Virus record (IMG/VR): IMGVR_UViG_2799112265_000001
Location: 32,001 to 96,000 of that record
Direction: 5' to 3' (one strand)
DNA from: a virus
Taxonomy: Duplodnaviria; Caudoviricetes
Length of the DNA: 64,000 nt
This document shows positions 10,120 through 19,629 of the stretch, piece after piece. The translations under genes and the position numbers were made by a program. The notes beneath the pieces are model-generated. The model was not told where the DNA came from and searched no databases. It saw only the letters and a list, made by a program, of their open reading frames with translations. Position 1 is the first letter of the stretch. The number at the start of each line of letters is the position of its first letter.

Positions 10120-10200
10120 GTAGCAACCCGCGCCCGCCCGGCGTTCCCCCCGGTGAGAGCAACACCGGGACCCACCCCGAACCGAAGGAACACCCGCACC
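10120..10200 (+). promoter_or_regulatory. AGAGCAA leader module copy 8 behind a class II-like promoter
   Basis: GTAGC-N17-CGTT then CCCGGTG-AGAGCAA-CACCGGG ... CCGAACCGAAGGAACACCC. Confidence 0.85.
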
Positions 10201-10995
10201 ATGAGCACCGGCACCAGCCCGTACGTGTACAACCCCGCCCCCGGCACCGAGTACCCGTTCAGCATCAGCGACATCGCCCGCGCCGCCCGCACCCTGCTCG
10301 GCCCCCGATGGCTTGCCGAGTCCGGCCACTGGGGCACCACCGGCACCCTCTCCGCCGCCTACACCGCCGACTTCACGCTGAGCATCGACAGCGAGGGAGA
10401 CCTCTGCATCGACTTCACCCGGTACACGGAAGACGGCTTCCCCGAGACGCCCGAGCTGCCCGAAGGCGTCGAGGACATGGACGGCGGCGTGTACCTCCCT
10501 GTCGCGTGCAGCGTCGACGGCCTGGACGAGCTGGCCGGCATAGTCGCCGCCGCGATCCGAGCCGTGACCGGCTGCCCGCCCTACACGCTCGCCGAGATCA
10601 CTGCCCCGGCCGAGCTGGACTTGCTCCCCACCGTCGACGTGATCGCGGTACGCGACGCCGCCGAGAACGTCCTCCAGCGGCGCGGGGAGGAAGCGCTCCC
10701 CGGCATGGTTCACGCCGCCGTCCGTAAGTTCCTCGCCGACCAGCCGGACGCCCGCCCGCTGGGCGTCCGGTTCACCACTAAGTGCTACGACGACGGCTTC
10801 TTCTGGGACTTGGGGGACGCCCTCGTGAGCTTCCCGGACGGCACCTTCCGTGAGGTCGACTTGACGGGACGGGACGACGACCTGAAGGCGCTGAACGGCG
10901 CCCTGATCGATCACGCCAAGTGGGCCGGGGAGGTCGGCCCCGGCAGCACGCTCACCGTGCAGTTCGACCCGCCCGCGCTGGTCGCCGCGCTCTAG
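10201..10995 (+). CDS. acidic hypothetical protein
   Basis: ATG after leader copy 8. Confidence 0.8.
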   Translation: MSTGTSPYVYNPAPGTEYPFSISDIARAARTLLGPRWLAESGHWGTTGTLSAAYTADFTLSIDSEGDLCIDFTRYTEDGFPETPELPEGVEDMDGGVYLPVACSVDGLDELAGIVAAAIRAVTGCPPYTLAEITAPAELDLLPTVDVIAVRDAAENVLQRRGEEALPGMVHAAVRKFLADQPDARPLGVRFTTKCYDDGFFWDLGDALVSFPDGTFREVDLTGRDDDLKALNGALIDHAKWAGEVGPGSTLTVQFDPPALVAAL

Positions 10996-11094
10996 CCCCC
11001 CGCCCCCGTCCGGGGCCCCGTACGCCACCGCGCGCCGGGCCCGGCCGGGGGAGCCTCACCCCGACGCCCTACCGCACGAAGGACACGCCCGACC

Positions 11095-11565
11095 ATGAGC
11101 ACCGCCCCCTCCGTCTTCACCCTTCCCGACATCCTCGCCGCCCTGCACGCCGGGGTGGAGCTGACCGCCGACGAGTCCGGACTCGACTTCCTCGACGGCC
11201 GGTTCACCTGGCCGTACGCCGCGACCCTCGCCCGCCTCGACAACCCCGACACCACCTGGTCCCAGGTGAGCGACCGGCACGACAAGCTGCGCCAGCTCTG
11301 GTCGGCCGGCACGGACCTCCCGGACACCGACGACGACGCCCGGACGTACACCCGCGAGCAGGTGAGCACGGCCGTGAACTGGGCCGTGGACGAGGCCGCC
11401 GACATCAACCATCTGGGCGGCTGCGCCGACGACGTGGACAACTTCCTCGTCAACGCCGTCCTGACCCTGCTGGACGACCCCGACGCCGCATTCACCGACG
11501 TGGTCGACGAGTGCTACGGCGAAGACCCGGACCTTGTGTCCCGGTGGCTCCACGACGCCGCCTGA
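11095..11565 (+). CDS. acidic hypothetical protein
   Basis: GAAGGA RBS; Asp/Glu-rich. Confidence 0.8.
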   Translation: MSTAPSVFTLPDILAALHAGVELTADESGLDFLDGRFTWPYAATLARLDNPDTTWSQVSDRHDKLRQLWSAGTDLPDTDDDARTYTREQVSTAVNWAVDEAADINHLGGCADDVDNFLVNAVLTLLDDPDAAFTDVVDECYGEDPDLVSRWLHDAA

Positions 11566-11652
11566 CCTGCCGCCACCCTCGCCCGCAGCTTGGGGCGGTT
11601 CCGCCCCGAGCTGCGCCCCCTGGGACGCAAGCAGCGTCCCGCTGGCCCCATA

Positions 11653-11702
11653 CGGCCGGAGAGCAACCGGCCGCCGTAACCCGAATCGAAGGAACACCCG
11701 CG
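11653..11702 (+). promoter_or_regulatory. AGAGCAA leader module copy 9
   Basis: CGGCCGG-AGAGCAA-CCGGCCG ... CCGAATCGAAGGAACACCC. Confidence 0.85.
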
Positions 11703-12536
11703 ATGAACACCCTCGCCGTTGCCCACGCCGCCGCCGCCACGGCCCTCGCGCAGCTCCTGCCCGCACGCCGTGGCGTCGCCTGGCAGCCCGGCCCCGCCGC
11801 CTTCCCCGTGCACCCCGACGCGCCGACCACCCGGCTCACCCAGCACGACCGCACCCTGATCGTCGCCGAGCACCAGGGCGCCATCGAGGTCTGGGCGGGC
11901 GAGCCGCAGACCGTGTTCTGCCGCCCGGCCGCCGTGGTCGACGCCAGCACCCCGGACGCCGTCGCCGTCCTGGCCGCCGAGGTACTGCGCAGCGTGCTCC
12001 CCGCCCTCGACAACGAGGCGGCCCGCTACACCGGCCCCAACCACGACCACAAGCAGGTGGTCCGCGCCAAGGAGCGGGCCCTCATAGAGCTGGGCTACCT
12101 GCTGCGCGACCTGGGCGCGGCCGACCTGGCGGGCCGCCAGCACATCGACGGGCCCGGCCTGCACTGGAAGACCAGCGAGGGCGCGGAGTGGGACGTGCTG
12201 TCCCTCGGATACCAGGGCACGTTCACCGTGGCGTACAACGGGCCGATCAGCGGCCTGCACGGGCTGCTGCCGTACCTGCTGCGCCCCACCCCGGGTGACG
12301 GCCACACCGACACGGGCAGCGCCTTCACACGCCACCTGGGCGCCCGATTCCCGCAGTTGGCCCCCGTCGACGCCCACGAGGTGGACTTCGGCCGCATCGA
12401 CACCCCCGGTGGATACATCGCGCTGCCGTCCCTCGACGTGTGCCCGGACCACGCCGACGACTCCACGCGGGTCGCCTCGCAGATCGCCCACGTCGGTATC
12501 GACCTGCTGCTGGCCGCCGCCTCCGCGCTCGTCTGA
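11703..12536 (+). CDS. hypothetical protein, paralogue of 12606..13469
   Basis: ATG after leader copy 9; shared LLPAR, VLPA.D.E, DTP.G and G.DLL blocks. Confidence 0.8.
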   Translation: MNTLAVAHAAAATALAQLLPARRGVAWQPGPAAFPVHPDAPTTRLTQHDRTLIVAEHQGAIEVWAGEPQTVFCRPAAVVDASTPDAVAVLAAEVLRSVLPALDNEAARYTGPNHDHKQVVRAKERALIELGYLLRDLGAADLAGRQHIDGPGLHWKTSEGAEWDVLSLGYQGTFTVAYNGPISGLHGLLPYLLRPTPGDGHTDTGSAFTRHLGARFPQLAPVDAHEVDFGRIDTPGGYIALPSLDVCPDHADDSTRVASQIAHVGIDLLLAAASALV

Positions 12537-12605
12537 CCGTCCCGCCGCCGCCCGCCGCGCCCCTGCCCGTCCGGGGGGCGCGGCACCCCGAGAGGAACCC
12601 GCCTG

Positions 12606-13469
12606 ATGACCACCAGCACCCCGGCCGGCCCGACGACCCCGGCCTCCGTACCGCCGTGCCCCGCGCTCACCCTCGCCGACCGGGTCGCCGCGCTGCTGCC
12701 CGCCCGTGACGGCGAACTCTGGGCCGTGCAGCCCTACCGGGCATGGTGGACGGTCCAGCCCGCCGCCCGCCTCGTCCAGGGCGGCCGAGCCCTGATCCTG
12801 TCCTGGCACCCGTGGAGCACCGGCGTGGCCTGGCAGCTCCCCGACCGGGAGCCGTACCAGCCCGACGCCAAGACCGACGAGATCGGCGCCCGGCATGTTG
12901 CCGACGTGCTGCTGCGCCACGTGCTGCCCGCCGTGGACGACGAGCTGGCCGGCCGGGACACCCGCGATGGCGCCGAGGTACGCCGCGAGCGCCTCGCCCG
13001 CATCGGACACGTCATGCGGAGGCAGGGTGTGGCCACCCTCGAACAGGCGGGCCCGTTGGAGTCCGCCGCGCACTGCACGTGGGGGACACCGTCCGGACTG
13101 CGGTACACGCTCACCCTGTTCGGCACCAACCCCGCCGGGCACCTCACCGTGGAAGGCCCCGTCGCGGCCGTGGAGGCGACGCTCGCCACGTTCCTGCCCG
13201 CCCGGCAGGACAAGACCCCTCGGATACCGCTGCGCCACGTACGGGGCCGTATGCAGCGCCGCATGGCCGCGTTCCTCGCCCGGCACACCGACGTGGAGCA
13301 GGTCGACTCCGGGGCGCTCGCCTTCGGCAGCGGGGACACCCCGTACGGGTTCGTCGCCACCCCCACCGACCCGGTCGCCCGCGTCCGGGACACCAGCCCC
13401 GTCACGGTGGAGCTCCACGGCCTGGGCGCCGACCTCCTCGCCTACCTCGCCCCCCAGCTCACCCGCTGA
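12606..13469 (+). CDS. hypothetical protein, paralogue of 11703..12536
   Basis: GAGGA RBS; colinear similarity. Confidence 0.8.
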   Translation: MTTSTPAGPTTPASVPPCPALTLADRVAALLPARDGELWAVQPYRAWWTVQPAARLVQGGRALILSWHPWSTGVAWQLPDREPYQPDAKTDEIGARHVADVLLRHVLPAVDDELAGRDTRDGAEVRRERLARIGHVMRRQGVATLEQAGPLESAAHCTWGTPSGLRYTLTLFGTNPAGHLTVEGPVAAVEATLATFLPARQDKTPRIPLRHVRGRMQRRMAAFLARHTDVEQVDSGALAFGSGDTPYGFVATPTDPVARVRDTSPVTVELHGLGADLLAYLAPQLTR

Positions 13470-13540
13470 CCCACCCCCTGGTGCGCCCCGTACGGCCCTC
13501 ACCGCCGTGCGGGGCGCACCGTCCCGGAAGGACTCAACCC

Positions 13541-14017
13541 GTGCCCCTGAACAAGGCCACCGTCTCCGCGTTCGATGACGCGCTCGCCAAGCTGGCCACC
13601 GCCGCGCGCGCCCTGATCCCGATGATCGCCGAGACGCTGCACGCCCAGTTCCCCACCGGCGCCTACCTCGTACTCACCCGCTCCAAGGACCCCGGCCACG
13701 CCGACGACGTGCTCTTCCTGAACTCGGTACGCGACGCCAGCGGTGGCATCGTCTGCTGGCTCGACCCGTCCGGGGGCGCCCTCGACCCGCTCCCGGCCGT
13801 CCCCCCGGAGATCGCCGCCCGGTGGGGGGACAGTGACCCCCGGAGTCAGCGGGACCTCCTCGACCTGCTCCAGGCCGTCGACGCCGTCGACCGGTACACG
13901 TTCTTCGACTGGCTGCCCGATGAGGCGCGGCGCCCCGGCGAGAGCGACTACCGGGAGCCGATCGGGGTTCCCCTGCCGTGCCAGTGCCGAGTCAGCGGGG
14001 AGTGTGCGCCGTGCTGA
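13541..14017 (+). CDS. hypothetical protein
   Basis: GAAGGA RBS, GTG start. Confidence 0.7.
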   Translation: MPLNKATVSAFDDALAKLATAARALIPMIAETLHAQFPTGAYLVLTRSKDPGHADDVLFLNSVRDASGGIVCWLDPSGGALDPLPAVPPEIAARWGDSDPRSQRDLLDLLQAVDAVDRYTFFDWLPDEARRPGESDYREPIGVPLPCQCRVSGECAPC

Positions 14018-14394
14018 AGCCCGCCGCCACGGAGCAGCTCGCCGAGCTGGCCGGCCACCTGGCCACCGCCCCGTCCGGCTCCATCGCCACGGCGATCGAC
14101 GCCGCCGAGGTCCGCGCGGAGACGATGCGCGGACGGCACACCGATGAGGCGTTCGGCCGGTACTGCCGGTCCGCGCTGCCGCTGATCCTGCGCCGCCTGC
14201 TGGACGCGGAGTCCCAGCTCGCCGCGCTCCGTGCCCAGTCCGCCCGGCATGTGGCGGCGGCCGATCTCGGGGACGAGCCGTCCCCGGCCGAGCTGCTCGA
14301 CGGGTACCGGCGCGCCGGGGTCGACCTGGCGGAGGAGATCGAGGAGGCGCGGGCCGAGCTGGAGGCGGAGGCTTACGCCTTTGCCCTTTCATGA
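14011..14394 (+). CDS. hypothetical protein
   Basis: GGGAG RBS, overlaps upstream stop. Confidence 0.65.
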   Translation: MLKPAATEQLAELAGHLATAPSGSIATAIDAAEVRAETMRGRHTDEAFGRYCRSALPLILRRLLDAESQLAALRAQSARHVAAADLGDEPSPAELLDGYRRAGVDLAEEIEEARAELEAEAYAFALS

Positions 14395-14437
14395 CCAGCG
14401 CCCCGCGCCCTGTGCCGAGCTGGCCGGGGCGCGGGGT

Positions 14438-14463
14438 GTAACAGGTCGGGCCGAACCGGCGTT
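14438..14463 (+). promoter_or_regulatory. class II (ECF-sigma-like) promoter
   Basis: GTAACAG-N15-CGTT. Confidence 0.7.
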
Positions 14464-14518
14464 CCCCTTCACGATCACCTGATCGCCGCCGTCCTCGCCG
14501 GAAGTGAGACCCGTACCG

Positions 14519-14986
14519 ATGTCTAACCGTCATGACTCCCGTAGCCCGATCGCCCTCGTCCTCGCCGGAACCCTCGCCCTCGTCATCGGGGTCGGCATCA
14601 TCATGGGCGTCATCGCTGGCTCGAAGGCGTTCGGCCGCTACCAGAGCATGTCCGACGCGAAGAACGAGGCGCAGATAGCCCTGGTCCACGCCCGGAACAA
14701 GGTCACCGTGACCGAGATCGAGATCCGGAACCAGAACCAGCGCATCCAGGTCACGAAGCAGAAGGCGCAGATCCGGTACGAGGAGGCCGTCGGCCTGCGC
14801 CACGCCCAGGACGAGGTGGCCAAGACCCTGACCCCGCTGTACGTGCAGATGGAGTACGCGCGGGCCCTGGAGGAGATCGCCAAGTCGGGCAAGAACAACA
14901 GCGTGGTGTACATCCCGACCGGTGAGGGTGGCGTGCCGCTGGTGTCCGGCGTGGCCGGCCAGCCGCAGGTCTCGCCCCGCAAGTAG
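14519..14986 (+). CDS. membrane-anchored coiled-coil protein with SPFH/band-7-like tail
   Basis: One N-terminal TM helix, coiled coil, C-terminal VVYIPTGEGGVPL. Confidence 0.75.
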   Translation: MSNRHDSRSPIALVLAGTLALVIGVGIIMGVIAGSKAFGRYQSMSDAKNEAQIALVHARNKVTVTEIEIRNQNQRIQVTKQKAQIRYEEAVGLRHAQDEVAKTLTPLYVQMEYARALEEIAKSGKNNSVVYIPTGEGGVPLVSGVAGQPQVSPRK

Positions 14987-15032
14987 GTTCGCGGCACCCA
15001 CGCTTCGGGCGGACCCGCCCGAAGCGTGGGGT

Positions 15033-15058
15033 GTAACAGGTTCGGTCAGGCGGCCGTT
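15033..15058 (+). promoter_or_regulatory. class II promoter
   Basis: GTAACAG-N15-CGTT. Confidence 0.7.
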
Positions 15059-15123
15059 CCCCACTGCACCAGGTGCGGTCGGGGAGCGGCCGCCACACGT
15101 TTGCCCGCCGAGGAGCCGTCCGC

Positions 15124-15825
15124 ATGTCCCGTCACTCCCGCAAGAAGCCCACCCAGCACGACCGCGTCCACCGGCACGCCGCGCTCGACCTGCTGCTGCC
15201 CCGGCTGGAGGCCGGCCGCCTCACCGCCGAGGAGGCGAAGCTCCTGGCCGCGTACGTCCGCGAGGAGGTCCGGCTCGGGACGAAGGCCCGCAAGTCCCTG
15301 ACGCGTACGAACCGGCGGCTGGCTGAGCACAGGGAGGCCGCGGACACGGCGATACGCGAGGCGGAGCAGCGCGCGGCCGAGCTGGAGAAGAGGCTGACCG
15401 AGGCGGAGGCCGTCAGGAACCAGGGCAGGTACCGGCATGTGTCCGCCCCGGCGGGCGTGGAGCAGGAACGTCTGGATGCGCGGCGTGGCTCGGCCCGGTG
15501 GATGATCGCGCAGCCCTCCCTGACGGTGGCCGACGGGATGAAGCTGCGCGAGCACTTCGACGCCGAGGCCGCCGAGCGGGACGGGTTCCGCTCGATGCTG
15601 TGGCAGGTGCTCGGCCTGCTGACCCCGGTATACGTGAACGGCAAGACGGCCTTCTTCGAGTGCAGGAACCCGGTGAAGCCGGATGCCGTGCGGTACTGGG
15701 AGGCGGCGCTGGGGCTGGGGGACGGGCAGTCGCGTTGGGCGCCGCCACTGGCTGACCACGCCGGCCTGACGAACAAGATGGCGAACGAGTACGGCGCACT
15801 CGCCCGCAAGCTGTGGGCCTCCTGA
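15124..15825 (+). CDS. coiled-coil hypothetical protein; C-terminus homologous to 26009..26608
   Basis: GAGGAG RBS; ends WAPPLADHAGLTNKMANEYGALARKLWAS. Confidence 0.75.
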   Translation: MSRHSRKKPTQHDRVHRHAALDLLLPRLEAGRLTAEEAKLLAAYVREEVRLGTKARKSLTRTNRRLAEHREAADTAIREAEQRAAELEKRLTEAEAVRNQGRYRHVSAPAGVEQERLDARRGSARWMIAQPSLTVADGMKLREHFDAEAAERDGFRSMLWQVLGLLTPVYVNGKTAFFECRNPVKPDAVRYWEAALGLGDGQSRWAPPLADHAGLTNKMANEYGALARKLWAS

Positions 15826-15905
15826 CGGCTTCCCCGTCCTCAACCTGTCGGCCCCGGCGCCTGGTCGGGGCCGGCTCTCGTGTTGCCCCAGGTCGCACCG
15901 GGGAG
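15736..15905 (+). repeat. diverged duplication of 26516..26688 (gene end plus terminator-like hairpin)
   Basis: Shared TCCTGACGGCTT, CGGCCCCG..GTCGGGGCCGG and TCTCGTGTTGCCCCAGGTCG. Confidence 0.85.
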
Positions 15906-16005
15906 GGGGGCCGGTCTCTCGGCGACTCCCGCCGTGGCGACGCTCGGCTCCCAGCTCACGGCCGAAACCGCGCTCAAGCAATCAGCGCATCGCTGACCAG
16001 CCTCA

Positions 16006-16082
16006 TTCCGAATGGTGTACTATCGCGGTGTTGGTGGAGAGCAACCACCAGCACCACCGCGAAACGAAGGAACACCCGCCCG
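16006..16082 (+). promoter_or_regulatory. AGAGCAA leader module copy 10 with class I box
   Basis: TTCCGAATGGTGTACTAT; GTGTTGGTGG-AGAGCAA-CCACCAGCAC; CGAAACGAAGGAACACCC. Confidence 0.9.
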
Positions 16083-17423
16083 ATGAGGACTCTCCCGGCC
16101 AAGGTCCAGACCGCCGTCCATGTCGCCACGCTCACCCGCAAGGCCGGTCTGCCCATCCCGGCGGAAGTCCTCACCGTCCTCGACGAAGCCGCCGCCCCGT
16201 TCCCCGGCCGCTGGCTCCTCGACCCTCTCCCCGGCGACCCCATCCGCGTGGTCGAGCTGTTCGCCGGCCCCGGCGGCTGGTCCGAAGGCATCGCCGCCGT
16301 CCTCGGCGTCAACGTCGACGCGGTCGGCATCGACATCTCCAAGGACGCCTGCGCCACCGCCCGCGCCGCCGGGCACCGTCGGATCTGCGCCGACATCACC
16401 ACCCTCGACCCCGAGCACTACGCGCTGCGCCACACGCGCGGCCTGATCGTCTCCCCGCCCTGCCCCTCGTTCTCCCCGGCCGGGAAGCACACCGGGCAGG
16501 AGGCGGCGAACATCCTCACCCTGTGCCGCGTCCTCGCCCAGTGCTCCGAGGCGGGCGGGTTCCTCCCCGGCAGCGAGCTGGACGACTGGTGCACGGGCTG
16601 CGCCGTGTGCGACGAGCTGGGCTACCACGACGGCTACGCCCCCCGCTCCGGCCTCTCCTGGAACGACCTGCGCGCCCAGCTCGCCCCGCTCACCGACGCC
16701 CGTATCGGCCTCATGGCGGAAGTCCTGTTCTGGGCGTTCGGCCTTCAGGCGTCGGGCGCGCCGCTGGAGTTCGTCGCCATGGAGCAGTCGGCCCGCCTGC
16801 CCGAGCAGATCCTCAACGACCTCCGCCTGGAACTGTGCGGCGGGCAGGGCGAAGGCGAGTGGGCCGCCGCCACCTGGGGCGTCCTGGAGGCCTCCCAGTT
16901 CGGTCTCGCCTCCCGCCGCGAGCGCGTGTTCTTCCTCGCCACCCGCCGCTACGTCTCGCTACCCACCCCCGACCCGGAGACCCTCCCCACCTCCATGGCC
17001 GACGCCCTCGGCTGGGAGGAGGGCGAGCGGATCAACACCCGTGGCGTCCGGCCCGTCGACCCGAAGACCGGCCGCGCCAAGGGCGGCAACGAGTTCTCCG
17101 CCGACAAGCCGTCCAACTGCCTCACCGGCAAGGCCCGCACCTGGAAGCGCGTCAGCGACGGACTGCGCCTCACCATGCACGAGGCCGGACTCCTCGTCGG
17201 GTTCCGCCGCACCTACCCGTGGCAGGGGAGCCGCTCCAGCGCCTTCCAGCAGGCCGCCGACGTCGTCTCCCCGCTCATGGCCGCCCTCGTCCTCGGCGCC
17301 GCCCTCGGCGTCCGCCTCGGCAAGACCCTGGCGCGCGACTACCTCACCCAGCTCTACGCCATGGACGACATGCTCCGCCAGGACGACGACGCGCTCACCG
17401 ACGACTACGACCTCGCCACCTAA
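16083..17423 (+). CDS. DNA cytosine-5 methyltransferase (orphan)
   Basis: Motif I ELFAGPGG, motif IV SPPCPSFS, motif VIII SRRERVF. Confidence 0.9.
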   Translation: MRTLPAKVQTAVHVATLTRKAGLPIPAEVLTVLDEAAAPFPGRWLLDPLPGDPIRVVELFAGPGGWSEGIAAVLGVNVDAVGIDISKDACATARAAGHRRICADITTLDPEHYALRHTRGLIVSPPCPSFSPAGKHTGQEAANILTLCRVLAQCSEAGGFLPGSELDDWCTGCAVCDELGYHDGYAPRSGLSWNDLRAQLAPLTDARIGLMAEVLFWAFGLQASGAPLEFVAMEQSARLPEQILNDLRLELCGGQGEGEWAAATWGVLEASQFGLASRRERVFFLATRRYVSLPTPDPETLPTSMADALGWEEGERINTRGVRPVDPKTGRAKGGNEFSADKPSNCLTGKARTWKRVSDGLRLTMHEAGLLVGFRRTYPWQGSRSSAFQQAADVVSPLMAALVLGAALGVRLGKTLARDYLTQLYAMDDMLRQDDDALTDDYDLAT

Positions 17424-17542
17424 CCCCGCCCCGGCGCCCCGCCGCGCCCCGGCCTGCGGGGTGCGGCGCGGGCGCTTCGATGGCTGACAGCGGCTCTCCC
17501 CGGGGCGGACACCCCCTACCAGGCTCCCGAGGCCGGCGCGGA

Positions 17543-17752
17543 TCACGTCCACCGGTCCGGGCCCACCCCGCGCCAGTCGATCAACGGCGAGCGGGCCACC
17601 TCCTCGGGCTCCAGCTCCAGGCCCGCACGGCGAAGGAACTCGACCAGGTCCTCGATGCGGTAGGCCGTCCCGAGGATCTCCCCGTCGACCCGTACCCGCC
17701 GCCCGCCTGAAGGGGACGGCGGGTACACCACGACCCGCAACGTACCAGCCAC
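17543..17752 (-). CDS. small hypothetical protein
   Basis: VVVYPPSPSGGRRVRVDGEILGTAY...IDWRG resembles a common Streptomyces small-protein family (from memory). Confidence 0.65.
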   Translation of the reverse strand: MAGTLRVVVYPPSPSGGRRVRVDGEILGTAYRIEDLVEFLRRAGLELEPEEVARSPLIDWRGVGPDRWT

Positions 17753-17853
17753 CCGGCCAGGGTCCCCCGCCCGGTGAAGGGGCGCAGCACGGGCTACGCC
17801 GATCAGCCATACCGGCCGCCACGTAAGATGACCCCGGACAGGAAACGGGAACC

Positions 17854-18744
17854 ATGGCATACCTCTACGCCAGCGCCTCCATCCAGGTGCGGTACATGCA
17901 CGGCATCGGTCCTACCGCGCTGGCTCTCCTCGCGGACACCGTCACCCGCCACCTGGTGCAGAGGGAACGGTTCACTGTGCACCTCGACGGATGGTATCCG
18001 CCAAAGTCCAGACACTTTCGCTGGATGAACGACAAGGAGAACGACCGAACGGTCAAGTCTCTGGAGGACACCGTCCGGAACAGGTTCCCCGGGCCCTTCG
18101 GCATCGACGTCGTCCAGACCGCCAAGTCGAATCTCCTGATCAGGTTCGTCCCGCACGATGAGTGGCACCCAGAACCGGCCGCCGCTCCCGGCCCGCCCGT
18201 TCTCGCCACCTCTGATGCCTCCTACCGCGGCCCGCACCATGCCCGCGCGGGCATAGCCGTCAACGGCACGGCGACGACGATCGACCTCGCGCCCGCCGGA
18301 CATATTGACTCGAACGGATATGAATTCCTCGCTGTGTGCCTGGCCCTCCTCACGGCGGTTGGCGAACGCAGCCCGCTGACCGTACGCAGCGATTCGACCG
18401 AAGCGGTACGCGAAGGGCGGTTTCTCCGCGAGGGGCAGATGCCATCCTGGGTGTATCGGCATGGAAACGAAGTGGTGCAGCGAGTGGCCGCGTCAGCGAT
18501 GTCTGCCAGCAGGCTGCGACCCGTACGCATCGAGCATGTACCCCGCGAGAATGTGGCCGCCGCGCACTATGCCGCCTTCAGCGCTGCCGGCGAGTGCCCA
18601 ATGGCGATGCGAAGCTGGGCGACCCGGCAGGGGATGCCACTGTCCTGGGTTGACGCTCAACGTGGCCTGGACTCGCGCGCGCCATCTAAACCGGCGTTCG
18701 TAGAGCGAAGGACTGTTATTGCCGCCGGTCCGATCTGGGCTTGA
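17854..18744 (+). CDS. RNase H-like domain protein
   Basis: SDASY, NGYEFLAV, VRSDS and HVPREN.AAH match RNase HI catalytic spacing; lower GC. Confidence 0.7.
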   Translation: MAYLYASASIQVRYMHGIGPTALALLADTVTRHLVQRERFTVHLDGWYPPKSRHFRWMNDKENDRTVKSLEDTVRNRFPGPFGIDVVQTAKSNLLIRFVPHDEWHPEPAAAPGPPVLATSDASYRGPHHARAGIAVNGTATTIDLAPAGHIDSNGYEFLAVCLALLTAVGERSPLTVRSDSTEAVREGRFLREGQMPSWVYRHGNEVVQRVAASAMSASRLRPVRIEHVPRENVAAAHYAAFSAAGECPMAMRSWATRQGMPLSWVDAQRGLDSRAPSKPAFVERRTVIAAGPIWA

Positions 18745-18802
18745 GCACGAGGGGGCGCAGTACGGGCTCCGCCGACCCGGCCCGCCACCGGCACGTGCAG
18801 GC

Positions 18803-18828
18803 GTAACAGTGCGCGGCGCGCCCACGTT
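18803..18828 (+). promoter_or_regulatory. class II promoter
   Basis: GTAACAG-N15-CGTT, 9 nt before an ATG. Confidence 0.6.
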
Positions 18829-18837
18829 CCCCCGAGC

Positions 18838-19239
18838 ATGAGCGATGTCATCCCGGCCGGCCATGAAGTGGCTGCCGCCTTCAGCGAGGACCCCGGACTG
18901 CGAGCCTTCTCCGAGTCGCTCGCCTGCGTGCAGGTGAGCGCCTCCCTGGCCGTGAACGGCCGGGTGATCAGCTACGAGCAGTCCCTCCCGCTCCATGAGT
19001 GGCGGACCATCTCCGACGACCTGGCCTGGCGCGAAGGCTACGAGCGGCACATCCGGCGCTGCCTCGCCGAGGCCCTCGTGGACGCCCTGAACCCGCCCGT
19101 GGTCGTACGGGCGCCGGACCCGGTCGATGAGGCCGTAGCGCGCATCTCAGCCGGGTGCCGCCCGGACCATCTCCAGGACGCGGCCGCGGGCGGAGCCGGT
19201 GCAGCCCGTCAGCAGCCCGAACTAGGCTCGAAGGCGTGA
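18838..19239 (+). CDS. hypothetical protein
   Basis: ORF directly after class II promoter. Confidence 0.6.
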   Translation: MSDVIPAGHEVAAAFSEDPGLRAFSESLACVQVSASLAVNGRVISYEQSLPLHEWRTISDDLAWREGYERHIRRCLAEALVDALNPPVVVRAPDPVDEAVARISAGCRPDHLQDAAAGGAGAARQQPELGSKA

Positions 19240-19628
19240 CCACCGCCCCCGATGCGGACGCCGACGGCGCCCCGTTCGACCCGCACGCGTTCCCTTCCGA
19301 CCTGCGCAAGGCTCAGCGGAAGGTGGACGACCTGTTCGCCCGGCTCCACGCACTACAGAGCACGCTCCCGTGGTCCCGCGAGCCGCACCCCGGGTGGCCC
19401 GCCGTCGACGAGCGGGCCAGGAAACACCCAGGACGGCCCGCTACGCCCGGCTGGACGGCCGAGCAGGCCGCCGAGTACGACGGGCTGCGCGCCGAGCTGC
19501 GGGACGCTGCAGAAGCCGTACGCGGCCACGAGTGGTGGAGGGAGTGCTGGCGCGCCGGGGTACGGGATGCCGCGCTGGTCGACGCCCGCCAGGCCCTCAA
19601 GCACGCCCCGTCCCCCGAGGACGCCTGA
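19236..19628 (+). CDS. hypothetical protein
   Basis: GTGA overlap; FPSDL..AQ, LPWS.EP and TPGWT motifs. Confidence 0.7.
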   Translation: MTTAPDADADGAPFDPHAFPSDLRKAQRKVDDLFARLHALQSTLPWSREPHPGWPAVDERARKHPGRPATPGWTAEQAAEYDGLRAELRDAAEAVRGHEWWRECWRAGVRDAALVDARQALKHAPSPEDA

Positions 19629-19629
19629 C

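Noticed and set aside
7502-13502. Long minus-strand ORFs (674, 620 and 662 aa)
   Set aside because: Shadows of the plus-strand gene run; low-complexity G/R/A translations
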